A DNA stretch of 64,000 bases from Selaginella moellendorffii (Eukaryota > Plantae > Lycopodiophyta). Location: the NCBI RefSeq assembly GCF_000143415.4, contig NW_003314264.1, forward strand, positions 3,047,710 through 3,111,709. The letters are read 5' to 3'. Below are positions 1 to 11,381 of this stretch, piece after piece. Position 1 is the stretch's first letter, and each line of letters starts with the position of its first letter. Both the position numbers and the translations under genes were made by a program. The notes beneath the pieces were generated by a model. That model worked only from the letters and a program-made list of their open reading frames with translations, had not been told where the DNA came from and searched no databases.

Positions 1-624
1 TACCCAGGTGGCTCACGTAAAGCCACGGTGTTCCAAAATGGTGTCCCAAAGTCCCAGACTGTGGAAAGGAAGAGGGGTAGCCCTCTGGTGGGGTGATCAA
101 GGACACAGTCACTCAGTGAGGAAGTCCTCGAGGATAGTGGGACTTAGTGGTCGGGCCGGTGGCCTTGATCCAGTGGCAGTGTTGGCGAACACAGCCAAGG
201 ACAGAAAGGGACTTGGTAGGGACCGGAACAGAGATATTGGGGAAGGCTATTCCCCATGTCTATAGGCATCCTAAGGATGTTAAGGAGTCGATCTGGGATG
301 ATCCCTCATGGACGGATGACCCAGTCTTTGAGAGACGGGATTGGAATGCAGATGGTGTTGGACCACCAGTGTGACCAAGGTAATTGGGCATGGCCTTAGC
401 GTAACGGGCCGGTACGTTGTTGGTACCTTGGGGTGTCGATCATGGGATTGGACACGTGGAGCACTTGGACCAAGTGCTAAGGTTGAGGGGCATGGATGCC
501 ATTCTCGAGGCTAGCAAGCCCCAAGTCCGGAGTTGGACTTATGGAGGTTGTGAATGAGACTCCTCCAAGTGGTCGGAGGTGTGGTTAAGTGACTAAAGTA
601 GAATGGAAAAATTAGTCGCTTACA
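1..624. mobile_element. Probable LTR end of an unrelated retroelement nested in the 5' leader of gypsy copy 1
   Basis: Non-coding tract ends ...GTCGCTTACA at 624 (LTR-like CA terminus), exactly where similarity of copy 1 to the copy 2 leader begins. Confidence 0.4.
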
Positions 625-724
625 TTTTGGTTTAGATCTAGCTTTTTACATTGTCTAGATCTACCATTTCTTTCCAGCTTTTTGTCATTTCTCTTATTTT
701 GCTTTTTCTTTTTCCTTCATCTTC

Positions 725-1657
725 ATGGCCGATCCGCAATCTCCTCCTTTGACTCTAGAGCAGCAGTTGGTTCACTTGCTTGATGCTATGCGCTTGCAAT
801 TGAACAACCAAACTCAATTGATGGCGGCATTCACGGCACGTGGTCCAACTCCTCCTGCTCTTGGTGCATATCCTCGCGTTCGGCCGGAGTTCTTTCGTGG
901 GAATCCTGGGGATGATGTGTACCATTGGTTCGATCACTTCACGGTGATTGCCACATATCATTCTTGGGATGATGCTCGACGTTTGCATGAGTTTCCCACG
1001 TGTCTCCAAGGGACGGCGTTGCAGTGGTACAATGGATTGAGTGCGGCCACTCGTGGGGATTGGAGTGTTCTTCCGGACATCTTCAAACGCGCCTTCGGAC
1101 ATGCCGACGATTGTGACGATGCCTTCCAACAATTGCATCGTCTTCGTCAAGGGCCATCTGAGTCGGTGATGCAATTTGGCGTTCGTTTCCGAAGTCTTTT
1201 GCTTCGTGTGGAGCCTAATATTTCGGAGCGGATCAAGCTAGGAATGTTGTGGCCAGCACTTCGTCAAGATCTTGTTGGCCTTGTGCATGCACTTGCTCCT
1301 GCCACCTTTGACGATGCTCTTCGCTTGGCACAACGTTATGAGACGTCACCTCTTCCACTTCTCGCTGCACGTCCTTCAGCTCCACTTCCTATGAGTGATA
1401 GTCCTGTTCCAATGGAGGTTGATGCTGCTGCTACTCGAGTCCAAGGACAAGGGCGAGGATGTGGTCGTGGCCATGATGTTCATTGCTGGGCGTGTGATGA
1501 AGTTGGTCATACTTATCGGCGTTGTCAGCGCTTTCTGGATTGGCAACCTCCATTTCCTGGGTGGAGACCTTGGCGTCAGCAACGTCCCATTGGTGCTTCT
1601 GCGGTGGAAGGTTTGGATACTGAGGTGCATTCGGGAAACGAGGAGTCGCGCGAGTAA
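725..1657 (+). CDS. gag: Gag (retrotransposon capsid + CCHC zinc knuckle)
   Basis: LQGTALQWY, LRQGPSESV, PMEVD, CWACDEVGHTYRRC. Confidence 0.9.
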   Translation: MADPQSPPLTLEQQLVHLLDAMRLQLNNQTQLMAAFTARGPTPPALGAYPRVRPEFFRGNPGDDVYHWFDHFTVIATYHSWDDARRLHEFPTCLQGTALQWYNGLSAATRGDWSVLPDIFKRAFGHADDCDDAFQQLHRLRQGPSESVMQFGVRFRSLLLRVEPNISERIKLGMLWPALRQDLVGLVHALAPATFDDALRLAQRYETSPLPLLAARPSAPLPMSDSPVPMEVDAAATRVQGQGRGCGRGHDVHCWACDEVGHTYRRCQRFLDWQPPFPGWRPWRQQRPIGASAVEGLDTEVHSGNEESRE

Positions 1658-4600
1658 TGGAGGGACCTTGCGCGAATAAGTTAGTGACCCCTCCATCTTT
1701 CTTTCGGGAGTATCATCAAGGGGTTCACTCGGCACTGGTTCATCCAGTGTTTACTTTCCAAGCTCGTTTTTATAACAAGAGGTCTCCTATTCTTCTCTCC
1801 ATGTTGGTTGATACAAGTTTGAGTTTATCTTCTATTGCTCGACCTGTTGCCACACATTGTCGTCTACACTTGTGTCGTGCGGCGGATCCAGTTTTCATTC
1901 TTTATGGCAACGGCCGTACACATGCATGTGCACGAGATGAGGCGGACCTGGTTGTGCGTGTGGGCGATCTTGAGCTTGAGTTGCAGTCATTGCGGGTGGT
2001 GCTGAGTCAAACTTTTGACCTCATTCTTGGTATGGATTGGTTGTAGCGCAATCATGCCAAGTGTGACTTTGAGGCTTCTCCCCCTTGTCCCATATTTCCT
2101 TATGTTTCATCCATTCCTCTCACTTCCGTATCTCTTCGTCCCTCTACTTCTACCTCTGCTTCCATTACTTTTGTTCCCCCACTATTTCCTCTTGTGTTTC
2201 CATTTTGTTCTGCTCTTCCTTTTTTCGATCCCTCCGATGATCTTTGTGTTGCAGCTGTTGACCAGCTCATGAAGGAGTATTCTGATCTCTTTGAATTTGA
2301 CCTATCGTCTGGGGCCAAGATTGCCACACGTCATCCCATTCCAACCGGGGATGCTCGTCCAATCAAGGTTCCTGTTCGTCGTCGGTCACCCAAGGAGACC
2401 AAGATTTTACGTGCAAACGTCAAGGAGATGTTGGAGAAGGGTGTTATTCGGAAGTCGCGGAATCCTTAGGCATGTGAACCTCATCTTGTGACGAAGTCTG
2501 ATGGGAGTATTCGTTTCTGCATCGACTATCGTCTGTTAAATGAAGTGACGATCCCGGACGTGTACCCTCTTCCTCACACTGCTGATCTCTTGGATCGTTT
2601 GGGGTGAAGTCATTGGTTCACCAAGCTCGATCTTGCTTCTGGGTATTGGCAAGTACCGATGGCCGAAGAAGATATTCCTAAGACTGCTTTTCGTACACCA
2701 TTTGGTTTGTACGAGTTCTTGGTGATGCCGTTTGGTTTGAACAATACTCCAGCAACTTTTCAGCGGATGATGGACGAGGTTCTTTGCGATATGCCGGAGG
2801 TGACGGCTGACTTCATTGATGATGTCCTGATCCACTCGGAGGGGACGTGGGAGGAGCACGTTCGTGATGTTTGTAAAGTGTTGGATCGGCTACGCGACGT
2901 TGGTTTAAAGTTGAAGCGGTCAAAGTGCGTGTTTGGGTCCAAGGACACAACTTATCTTGGGTACCGTATTTCTCGTAAGGGTTTGCAAGTTGATCCTGAC
3001 AAACTTGTGGCTGTTCTAAAGTTCCCTACTCCAAAGTGTGTGAATGATGTGTAGCGCTTTTTGGGTAAGGTGCAGTATCTCGGTCGTTTTGTGGATCATC
3101 TTTCCGATCGCACTACACCATTGCGAGCGATGCTAAAGTCATCAATGTCATCTTTCATCTGGTCTCCGGATTGTGAGCGAGCGTTCATGAATCTCAAAGA
3201 GCTATTGACGACTCCTCCAGTTTTGGCATATCCTGACTACACTCAACCTTTTATTTTGTGCGTGGATGCTTCTGACATTGGTTTTGGAGGTGTGTTGATG
3301 CAAGAGAGCTCGAGTGTGCCTGGTCAGCGCCATCCCATTGCATACATAAGCCGTACATTACAACCAGCGGAGATGAACTACTCCACGACAGATAAGGAGT
3401 GTTTAGCAACAGTCTAGGGTTTCGAGAAACTTCATGCATATCTACATGGTTCTCGGATGTTACTTGAAGGTGACCATGCTACTGTTACTTCATTATTGAA
3501 GCGAAAGAACCTGGTTGGTCGTACGGCTCGATGGGCTTTGAAACTTCAGATATATGATTTCGATGTTGTTCATCGCCCAGGGAGTTCTATGGCTGATGTT
3601 GATGCCCTTTCTCGAGCTCCTCTTCCTTCTCCACTCTCTTCTCATGTTTCTGACGAACCTGTTGTTCCAACATCTGTGGATTTTCTAGATGAGGATTCTG
3701 TGCCGTCGGCGGTTGCTGTCCTTGACGTTCAGTGTCCATAAGGCATAGAGCAAGATCTACCTTCTCTTAATGAGGTTCACGCGGCTCAAAAGATTGAGCC
3801 GTGGATTCGAAGGCTTCAAGATGGGTTTGAGAATCCTGCATCACTTGCTGATGACTTGCCTTTCCGGCATTTACATTCTCAATATCGCCTTGAAGATGGC
3901 CTTTTTTATTTTGTGGGGACGGATCCTGATGATCATTTACGGCTGGTGGTGCCTTTGGTGTTTATTCCGCGGTTTCTCCATGCCTACTATGATTCTCTTG
4001 TTCTAGGTGGGCATATGGGACACCGTCGTGTCACTGAGAAGCTGCGCAGGTCTTTCTATTGGCCAAAGATGCGACGTGATATTATCCGGTATGTGCGTAG
4101 CTGCGTTTGGTGCCAAGCTCGTAATACTCCTCCTTGTATTGCGGAAGGACGGTTGGAGTCAATTGCAGTTTCCTGTCCGTTTGAGTTGGTGGCGTTTGAT
4201 CTTATGGGACCTTTTCCACGATCGACTGCTGGCAATGAGTGTGTTATTATTGCTTCTGATTACTTGACTCGTTGGGTGGAAGTTGGTGCTCTTGCTAGTG
4301 CCTCTGCAACTGCTGTTGGATACTTCCTCCTCAATTGAGTGGTGTTCCAGCATTCTTGTCTAGAGCGGATTCTTTCGGATAATGGTCCTGCATTTATGGC
4401 TGAGGTATTTCATGTTTTGACATCTCGGTTGGGGATACGCCACACTTTTACGAGTGCTTATCATCCACAATCAGATGGTCTGGTGGAACAGCTCATTCGG
4501 ACATTCAAAGGGATGATTGCGAAGTATGTGAACTTTCAGCATTCGGATTGAGATGGTTATTTGCCGTCTCTTCGGTATGCCTATGTCACAGGGGTGCAGA

Positions 4601-5150
4601 GTGCTGTTGGTGCTTCACCATATAAACTTCTATATGGGCATGATCCAATATTACCAACAGAGCTAGGTTTACCTTCACGATTGCCACGAGCTCCTGATGC
4701 TAGGTCATGGGATCAATATTTGACAAGCATTCTTCCACTTGTCCGAGCAGAGTCTGCTGAACACTTAGGCCGCGTACAAGTGGGACAACAACAGCGCTAC
4801 AATTCCCATCATCGTCCACCTGCGGAGTACAAAGTGGATGATTTGGTGTTAGTCCGTTTTCCCCATCTTACGGTATGTAGTTTATCTAAGGGGCTCCTTG
4901 CGCAGTGGAAAGGACCGTATCGGGTGTTGCGGCAAGTTGGACCACAAGTTTATGAGGTTCGGCATGACGTTTAGCAAGCCGATCCTCCGGAGATTGTGCA
5001 TGTGCAGCGGTTAAAACGCTTCATACAAAGGGATCAAGAGTAGTTAATACCGTCTACAGATCTGCCGATGCCTCCTGACGTTCCTCCAGATCCCGGCCCA
5101 TCTACAAGAGAACCCTGATGGCCTTCCATTATTCCGAGAGGAGGGGATGA
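1657..5150 (+). pseudogene. pol: pol (PR-RT-RNase H-integrase), disrupted by multiple stop codons
   Basis: Collinear ORF fragments at 1657, 2194, 2659, 3061, 3457, 3856, 4339 and 4561 with LVDT, DLILGMDWL, FIDD, ADALSR-like and SDNG motifs. Confidence 0.9.
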
Positions 5151-5325
5151 TGTGAGGGCCAAGTGTACAGCTACGATGTCGTATACTAATATTAGCGTAG
5201 TGGGATTTTGGTAGCCGTCGGATTGGTTTCAATCCGGACCACTTGCTGCTGTATATAAGCTAGGGTTTTTGGGCTAATTGATATGCACATTTCTGTATTC
5301 CTGTTCCATATTCCATGCACTCACA
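5151..5325 (+). repeat. 3' LTR of gypsy copy 1 (175 bp)
   Basis: TGTGAG...CTCACA termini, directly after the purine tract; homologous to 5458-5633 and 10275-10442. Confidence 0.9.
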
Positions 5326-5457
5326 GTACCAAATTGAAATTCATTATAATTTATCATTTTTAAACAGATGGATAGACTAAATATGTAAATGCTCAAATTG
5401 AAGATTATTTATGGTACTATGTTGCATTAAATTAATGTATTTAGGTTAAAATTATTG

Positions 5458-8400
5458 TGTGAATGCTTGAAATATGGAAAGGGAATACAGAAAATGTGCA
5501 TTTTAATTAGCCCAAAAACCCTAGCTTATATACAAGAGCCAGTGGTCCGGATTGAAACCAATCTGACGGCTACCAAAATTTTATTACACTAATATTAGTA
5601 TACGACATCGTAGCTGTACACTTGGCCCTCACATCATCCTCTCCTTTTGGAATAATGGAAGACCATCAAGGTTCTCTTGTAGATGGGCTAGGATCTGGAG
5701 GAATTTCAGGAGGAGGCATTGGTGGATCTATAGGTGGTATTAATTGCTCTTGATCCCTTTGAATGAAGTTTTTCAACCGCTGCACATGCACAATCTCTGG
5801 AGGATCGGCTTGCTGGATGCTATGCCGAACCTCATAAACTTGTGGTCCCACTTGCCGCAACACCCGGTACGGTCCTTTCCACTGAGCAAGGAGCCCTTTA
5901 GATAAACCACATACCGTAAAATGGGGAAAACGGATTAACACCAAGTCATCCACTTTGTACTCCACAAGTGGATGATGATGGGAGTCGTAGCGCCGTTATT
6001 GTCCCACTTGTACATAGCCTAAGTGTTCGGCAGACTTTGCTTGGACAAGTGGAAGAATGTTCGTCAAATATTGATCCCATGACTTAGCATCGGTAGCTCA
6101 TGGCAATCGCAAAGGTAAACCCAACTCCATTGGTAATATTGGATCATGACTATATAGGAGTTTATATGGTGAAGCATCAACAGAACTCTGCACCTTTGTG
6201 ACATATGTATATCGAAGAGACGGTAAATAACCATCCTAATCCAAATGCTAAAAGTTCATATATTTCGCAATCATCCCTTTGAACGTTTGAATGAGCCGTT
6301 TCACTAAACCATTTGACTGTGGATGATAAGCACTCATAAAAGTGTGGCGTATTCCCCACTGAAATGTCAAAACATGAAATGCCTCAACCATAAATGCGGG
6401 ACCATTATCCGAAAGAATCCGCTCTAAACAAGAATGTTGGAACACCACTCATTTAAGGAGGAAATATCCAACAGTAGTTCCAAAGGCACTAGCAAGAGCA
6501 CCAACTTCCACCCAATGAGTCAAGTAGTCAGAAGCAATAATAACATACTCATTACTAGCAGTCGACCGTGGAAAAGGTCCCATAAGATCAAACGCCACCA
6601 ACTTAAATGGACGGGAAATTGCAATTGACTCTAATCGTCCTTCCGTGGCACAAAGGGGAGTATTACGAGCTTGGCACCAAACGCAGCTATACACATACCG
6701 GATAATATCATGTTGCATTTCTGACCAATAGAAAGACCTATGCAGCTTCTCGGTCACACAACGATGTCCCATATGCCCACCTAAAACAGGAGAATTATGG
6801 TAGGCATAGAGAAACCGTGGAATAAAAACAGAAGGCACCACCAGCCGTAAATGATCATTAGGATCCATCCCTACAAAATAAAAAAGGTTGTCTTCAAAGC
6901 GATATTAAGAATGTAAATGCCAAAAAGGCAAGTCATTAGCAAGTGATGCAGGATTTTTAAACCCATCTCGAAGCCTTTGAATCCATAACTCAATCTTTTG
7001 AGCCTCGCGAACCTCATCAAGAGAAGGTAGATCTTGTCCTACGCTTTGTGGACACTGAACATCAAGTACAGCAACTACCGTCAGCACAAAATCCTCATCT
7101 AGAAAATCCATAGATGCTGGAACAACAGGCTTGTCAGAAACATGAGAAGAGAGTGGAGAAGGAAGAGGAGCTCGAAAAAGGGCATCAGCATCAGCTATAA
7201 AACTCCCTGGGTGATGAATAACATCAAAATCATATATCCAAAACTTTAAAGCCCATCGAGCAGTATGACCAACCAAGTTCTTTCGCTTCAATAATGAAGT
7301 AACAGCAGCATAGTCACCTTCAAGTAACATCCGAAAACTATGTAGATATGCATGAAGTTTCTCGAAACCCCAGACTACTACTAAACACTCTTTTTCTATT
7401 GTGGAGTAATTCATCTCCACCGGTTGTAATGTACAGCTTATATATGCAATGGGATGACGTTGACTAGGCACACTTGAGCTCTCTTGCATTAACACCCCTC
7501 CAAAACCAATGTCATCCACGTGCAAAATAAAAAGTCGACTGTAGTTAGGATATGCCAAAACTAGAGGAGTCGTCAATAGATCTTTGAGATCCCCGAACGC
7601 CCGCTCACAATCCAGAGACCAAATGAAAAATGACGTTGATGACTTTAGCAATGCTCGCAATGGTGTAGTGCGATCAGGAAGATGATTCACAAAACGACCG
7701 AGATACTGCACCTTACCCAAGAAGCACTGCACATCATTCACACACTTTGGAGTATGGAACTTTAGAACAGCCACAAGTTTGTTAAGATCAACTTGCAAAC
7801 CCTCACAAGAAATATAGTACCCAAGATAAGTTGTGTCTTTGGACCCAAACACGCACTTTGACCGCTTCAGCTTTAAACCAATGTTGAGAGCCAATCCAAC
7901 ACTTTACAAACATCATGAATGTGCTCCTCTTACGTCCCCTCCATCAAGATATCATCAATGAAGTCAGCAGTCACCTCCAGCATATCATAAAGAATCTCGT
8001 CCATCATCCGCTGGAAAGTTGCTGGAGCATTGTTCAAACCAAATGGCATCACCAAGAACTCATACAAGCCAAATGGTGTACAAAAAGCAGTCTTACAAAT
8101 ATCTTCTTCGGCCATCGGTACTTGCCAGTACCCAGAAGCAAGATCTAGTTTAGTGAACCAACGATTTCACCCCAGATGATCCAAGAGATCAATAATGTAA
8201 AGAAGAGGGTACACATTTAGGATCGTCACTTCATTTAACAGACGATAGTCAATGCAGAAATGAATACTCCCATCAGGCTTTATCATAAGATGAGGTTCAC
8301 ATGTCCAAAGACTCAGTGACTTCCGAATAACACCCTTTTCCAACATCTCCTTGACGTTTGCATGTAAAATCTTGATCTCTTTGGGTGACCGACGATGAAT

Positions 8401-10442
8401 AGGAACCTTGATTGGACGAGCATCCCCGGTTGGAATCAGATGACGTGTGGCAATCTTAGCCCCAGACGATAGGTCAAATTCAAAGAAATCAGAATACTCC
8501 TTCATGAGCTAGTCAACCGCTGCAACACAAAGATCGTCGGGGATTGGAAAAGGGAAGAGCAGAACAAGATGGAAACACAGGAGGAAATAATAGGGGAACA
8601 AAAGTAATGGAAGCAGAGATAGAAGTAGAAAGACGAAGAGGTACGAAAGTGAAAGGAATGGATAAAACATAAGGAAGTATAAGACAAGGGGGAGAAGCTT
8701 CAAAGTCACACTTGGCATGATTGTGCTATAACTAATCCATACCAAGAATAAGGTCAAAAACTTGACTCGGCACCACCCACAATGACTGCAACTCAAGCTT
8801 GAAATCGCCCACATGCACAACTAGGTCCGCCTCATCTCGTGCACATGTATGTGTACGGCCGTTGCTATAAAAAATGAAAACTGGTTCTGCCACATGACGC
8901 AAGTGTAGACGACAACATGTGGCAACAGGTCGAGCAATAGAAAATAAACTTGAATCTGTATCAACTAACATAGAGAGAATAATAGGAGGCCTTTTATTAT
9001 AAAAACGAGTTTGGAAAGTAAATACTAGATGAACCGGTGCCGAGTGAACCGCTTGATGATACTCCCGAAAGAAAGATGAAAGGGTCACTGACTTATTCAC
9101 GCAAGGTCCCTCCGTTATTCGTGTGACTCCTCATTTCCCGGATGCATCTCGGTGTCCAAACCTTCCACTGCAATAGCACCAACGGGACATTGTTAACGCT
9201 AAGGTCTCCACCTAGGAAATGGAGGTCGCCAATCCGAAAAACGCCGACAACACCAATAAGTATGACCAACTTCATCACACGCCCACTCTTCGCTTGGCAC
9301 AACGTTATAAGACGTCACCTCTTCTACTTCTCTCTACACGTCTTTCAGTTCCACTTCCTATGAGTGATGGTCTTGTTTTAATAGAGGTTGATGTTGCTGC
9401 TATTTGAGTCCAAGGACAAGGGCAAGGATGTGGTCATGGCCATGATGTTCGCTGCTAAGGGTGGCGGGAGGAAATGCATGCACAAGTTTAACAAGATCTT
9501 GACGAAGTGCTGGCCATAACATTCCTAGCTTGATCCGCTCCGACATATTGGGCTTTGCACGAAGCAAAAGATTTTGGAAACAAATGCCAAATTGCATCAC
9601 TGACTCAGATGGCCCTTGGCGAAGACGATGCAATTGTTGGAAGGCATTATCACAATTGTCGGCATGGCTAAAAGCACGTTTGAAGACATTTGGGAGAACA
9701 CTCCAATCCCCACGAATGGCTGCGCTCAAACCATTGTACCATTGCAATGCCATCCTTTGGAGACATGTGGGAAATTCACGCAAACATCGAGCATCATTCT
9801 AAGAATGATATGTGGCAATCACCATGAAATGATCGAACCAATGGTACACATCATCCTTAGGATTTCTGTGAAAGAACTCCGGCCAAATGCGAGGATTGGC
9901 ACTAAAAGGAAGAGGAGTTGTACCACGTGCCGTGAATGCTGTCATCAATTGAGTTTAATTGTTCAATTGCAAGCACATAGCATTAAGCAATTGAACCAAT
10001 TGCTACTCCAGAGTTAAAGGAGGAGATTGTTGATCTGCCATGAAGATGAATGAAAAAAAAAGAGCAAAAGAAGAGAAATGACAAAAAGCTAGAAGGAAAT
10101 AGTAGATCTAAATAATGCAAAAAACTAAATTTAAACCAAAATTTTGAAAGGGAAGAACAAAAGAAAGGAAATGGAAAAAGCTAGATCTAAACGATGCAAA
10201 AGTTATATTTAAACCAAAATCCCAAATTCAAATACTCTTCAGGGACAATCAAAGGTGCCCTTTACCTCCACTAATGTAAATGCTTGGAATATAGAAAGGG
10301 AATATAGAAAATGTGCATATCAATTAACCCAAAAACCTCAATTTATATACAAAAGCAAGTGGTCCAAATTGAAACCAATCTGATGCTACCAAAATCTCAC
10401 TACACTAATATTAGTATACCGCCATACACTTTGGCCTTCACA
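5458..10442 (-). mobile_element. Ty3/gypsy LTR retrotransposon copy 2, full-length and degenerate
   Basis: LTRs at 5458-5633 and 10275-10442; 4-bp TSD ATTG at 5454-5457 and 10443-10446; gag/pol fragments homologous to copy 1; candidate tRNA-Ala-like PBS (TAGTGGAGG) next to the 5' LTR. Confidence 0.95.
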
Positions 10443-10779
10443 ATTGTATATTTCCCAATTGCATCATATACTTTCCAAAATTATAGAATTTCTTTATCAA
10501 ATTTGACAGAGAAAGGTATACAATTTTGTAAAGTTTGTAAAATTTATTGGACAAATTTGTGCAAATTGCAAAATTTAATGATAAATTTACTTTAATTGAA
10601 ATATTTATTACATATGTTAATGATCATGGACAAATTGCATGACTCTGCTCATTGCAGAGAGATTAACTTCGAAAAGGTCACTTCAATTGGAGATGGAGGG
10701 GAGTATCTTGAAGCCAGCTTAAAGAGCATAAGATTCCACTCCCGGGGAGTCTTTGACTAAAACTCGTTTGGTGTCTGTT

Positions 10780-11350
10780 TTATTCCACCATTTCTCTGTA
10801 TTTGGAGAGAGCTTCCCTGGAAAAGAGATACAATCAGGAGAAACTAGTGAAGAAAAATAGAATCCATCCAACCTTCGCAAATTCAGTTGGTTTTCATACT
10901 CCTGTAGCTTCATCTTCTGATTTCGAAGAGTCTAGCAAGAGAAAACAAACTTAGAAAAGTTCTATACAATGTCAAACTTACCAAGGGCTTGGAGCTGGCC
11001 GCATGAGGAGCCAGGAGCTGCTGGCACCTCTCGAATCGATTGCCAAGTTCATTTACCTAGAGAGCACCAATTGGTTCGTAATAAAAAATGTTTGCTCAAT
11101 GCTACCAGATCATCCACGCGCTGGTCTCGCACTCCCCTCTCGGTAGCGTCAGCGATCGCCTCGATCAACTGGCAAGAACAAACAAGAGAAGTCTAGACTG
11201 TTATCAATGACAAGGAGTATTTACCGGGAACAAATGGAACTGCGACAGAAGATTGGGCGCGGCGCCGAGCTGGGGCTGCTGCTGCTGAACCATCGGCTGC
11301 TGCGGCATTCGCAATTGCTGCTGATGGATTCCTCCCGACGACCACGACAT
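10780..11350 (-). CDS. MED9: Mediator subunit 9-like, five small exons (not captured by the ORF track)
   Basis: Manual splicing gives a Q-rich N-terminus then SQFHLFP/LIEAIADATERGVRDQRVDDL/VNELGNRFERCQQLL/...QKMKLQEYENQLNLRR/EALSKYREMVE*, resembling plant MED9. Confidence 0.8.
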
Positions 11351-11364
11351 TGCTTTAACCACTA

Positions 11365-11373
11365 AAACCCTAG
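11365..11373 (+). promoter_or_regulatory. Telo-box-like motif AAACCCTAG between divergent MED9 and PPR starts
   Basis: Motif seen; another copy lies at 13702-13710 upstream of BSL. Confidence 0.35.
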
Positions 11374-11381
11374 TCTATGGA

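Larger units (their letters stand above)
625..5325 (+). mobile_element. Ty3/gypsy LTR retrotransposon copy 1 (degenerate; 5' LTR not in window)
   Basis: Order gag-PR-RT-RH-INT; RT motifs KTAFRTPFGLYEFLVMPFGL and FIDD; RH DAS...YS; INT H..GH...C..C, SDNG, GPY; PPT 5137-5150; in-frame stops; no chromodomain before the PPT. Confidence 0.95.

Noticed and set aside
1655-1659. TAATG stop-start overlap suggesting termination-reinitiation for pol
   Set aside because: Copy 2 reads TAACG, so the ATG is probably a CpG-decay product; the -1 frameshift signal explains the junction better
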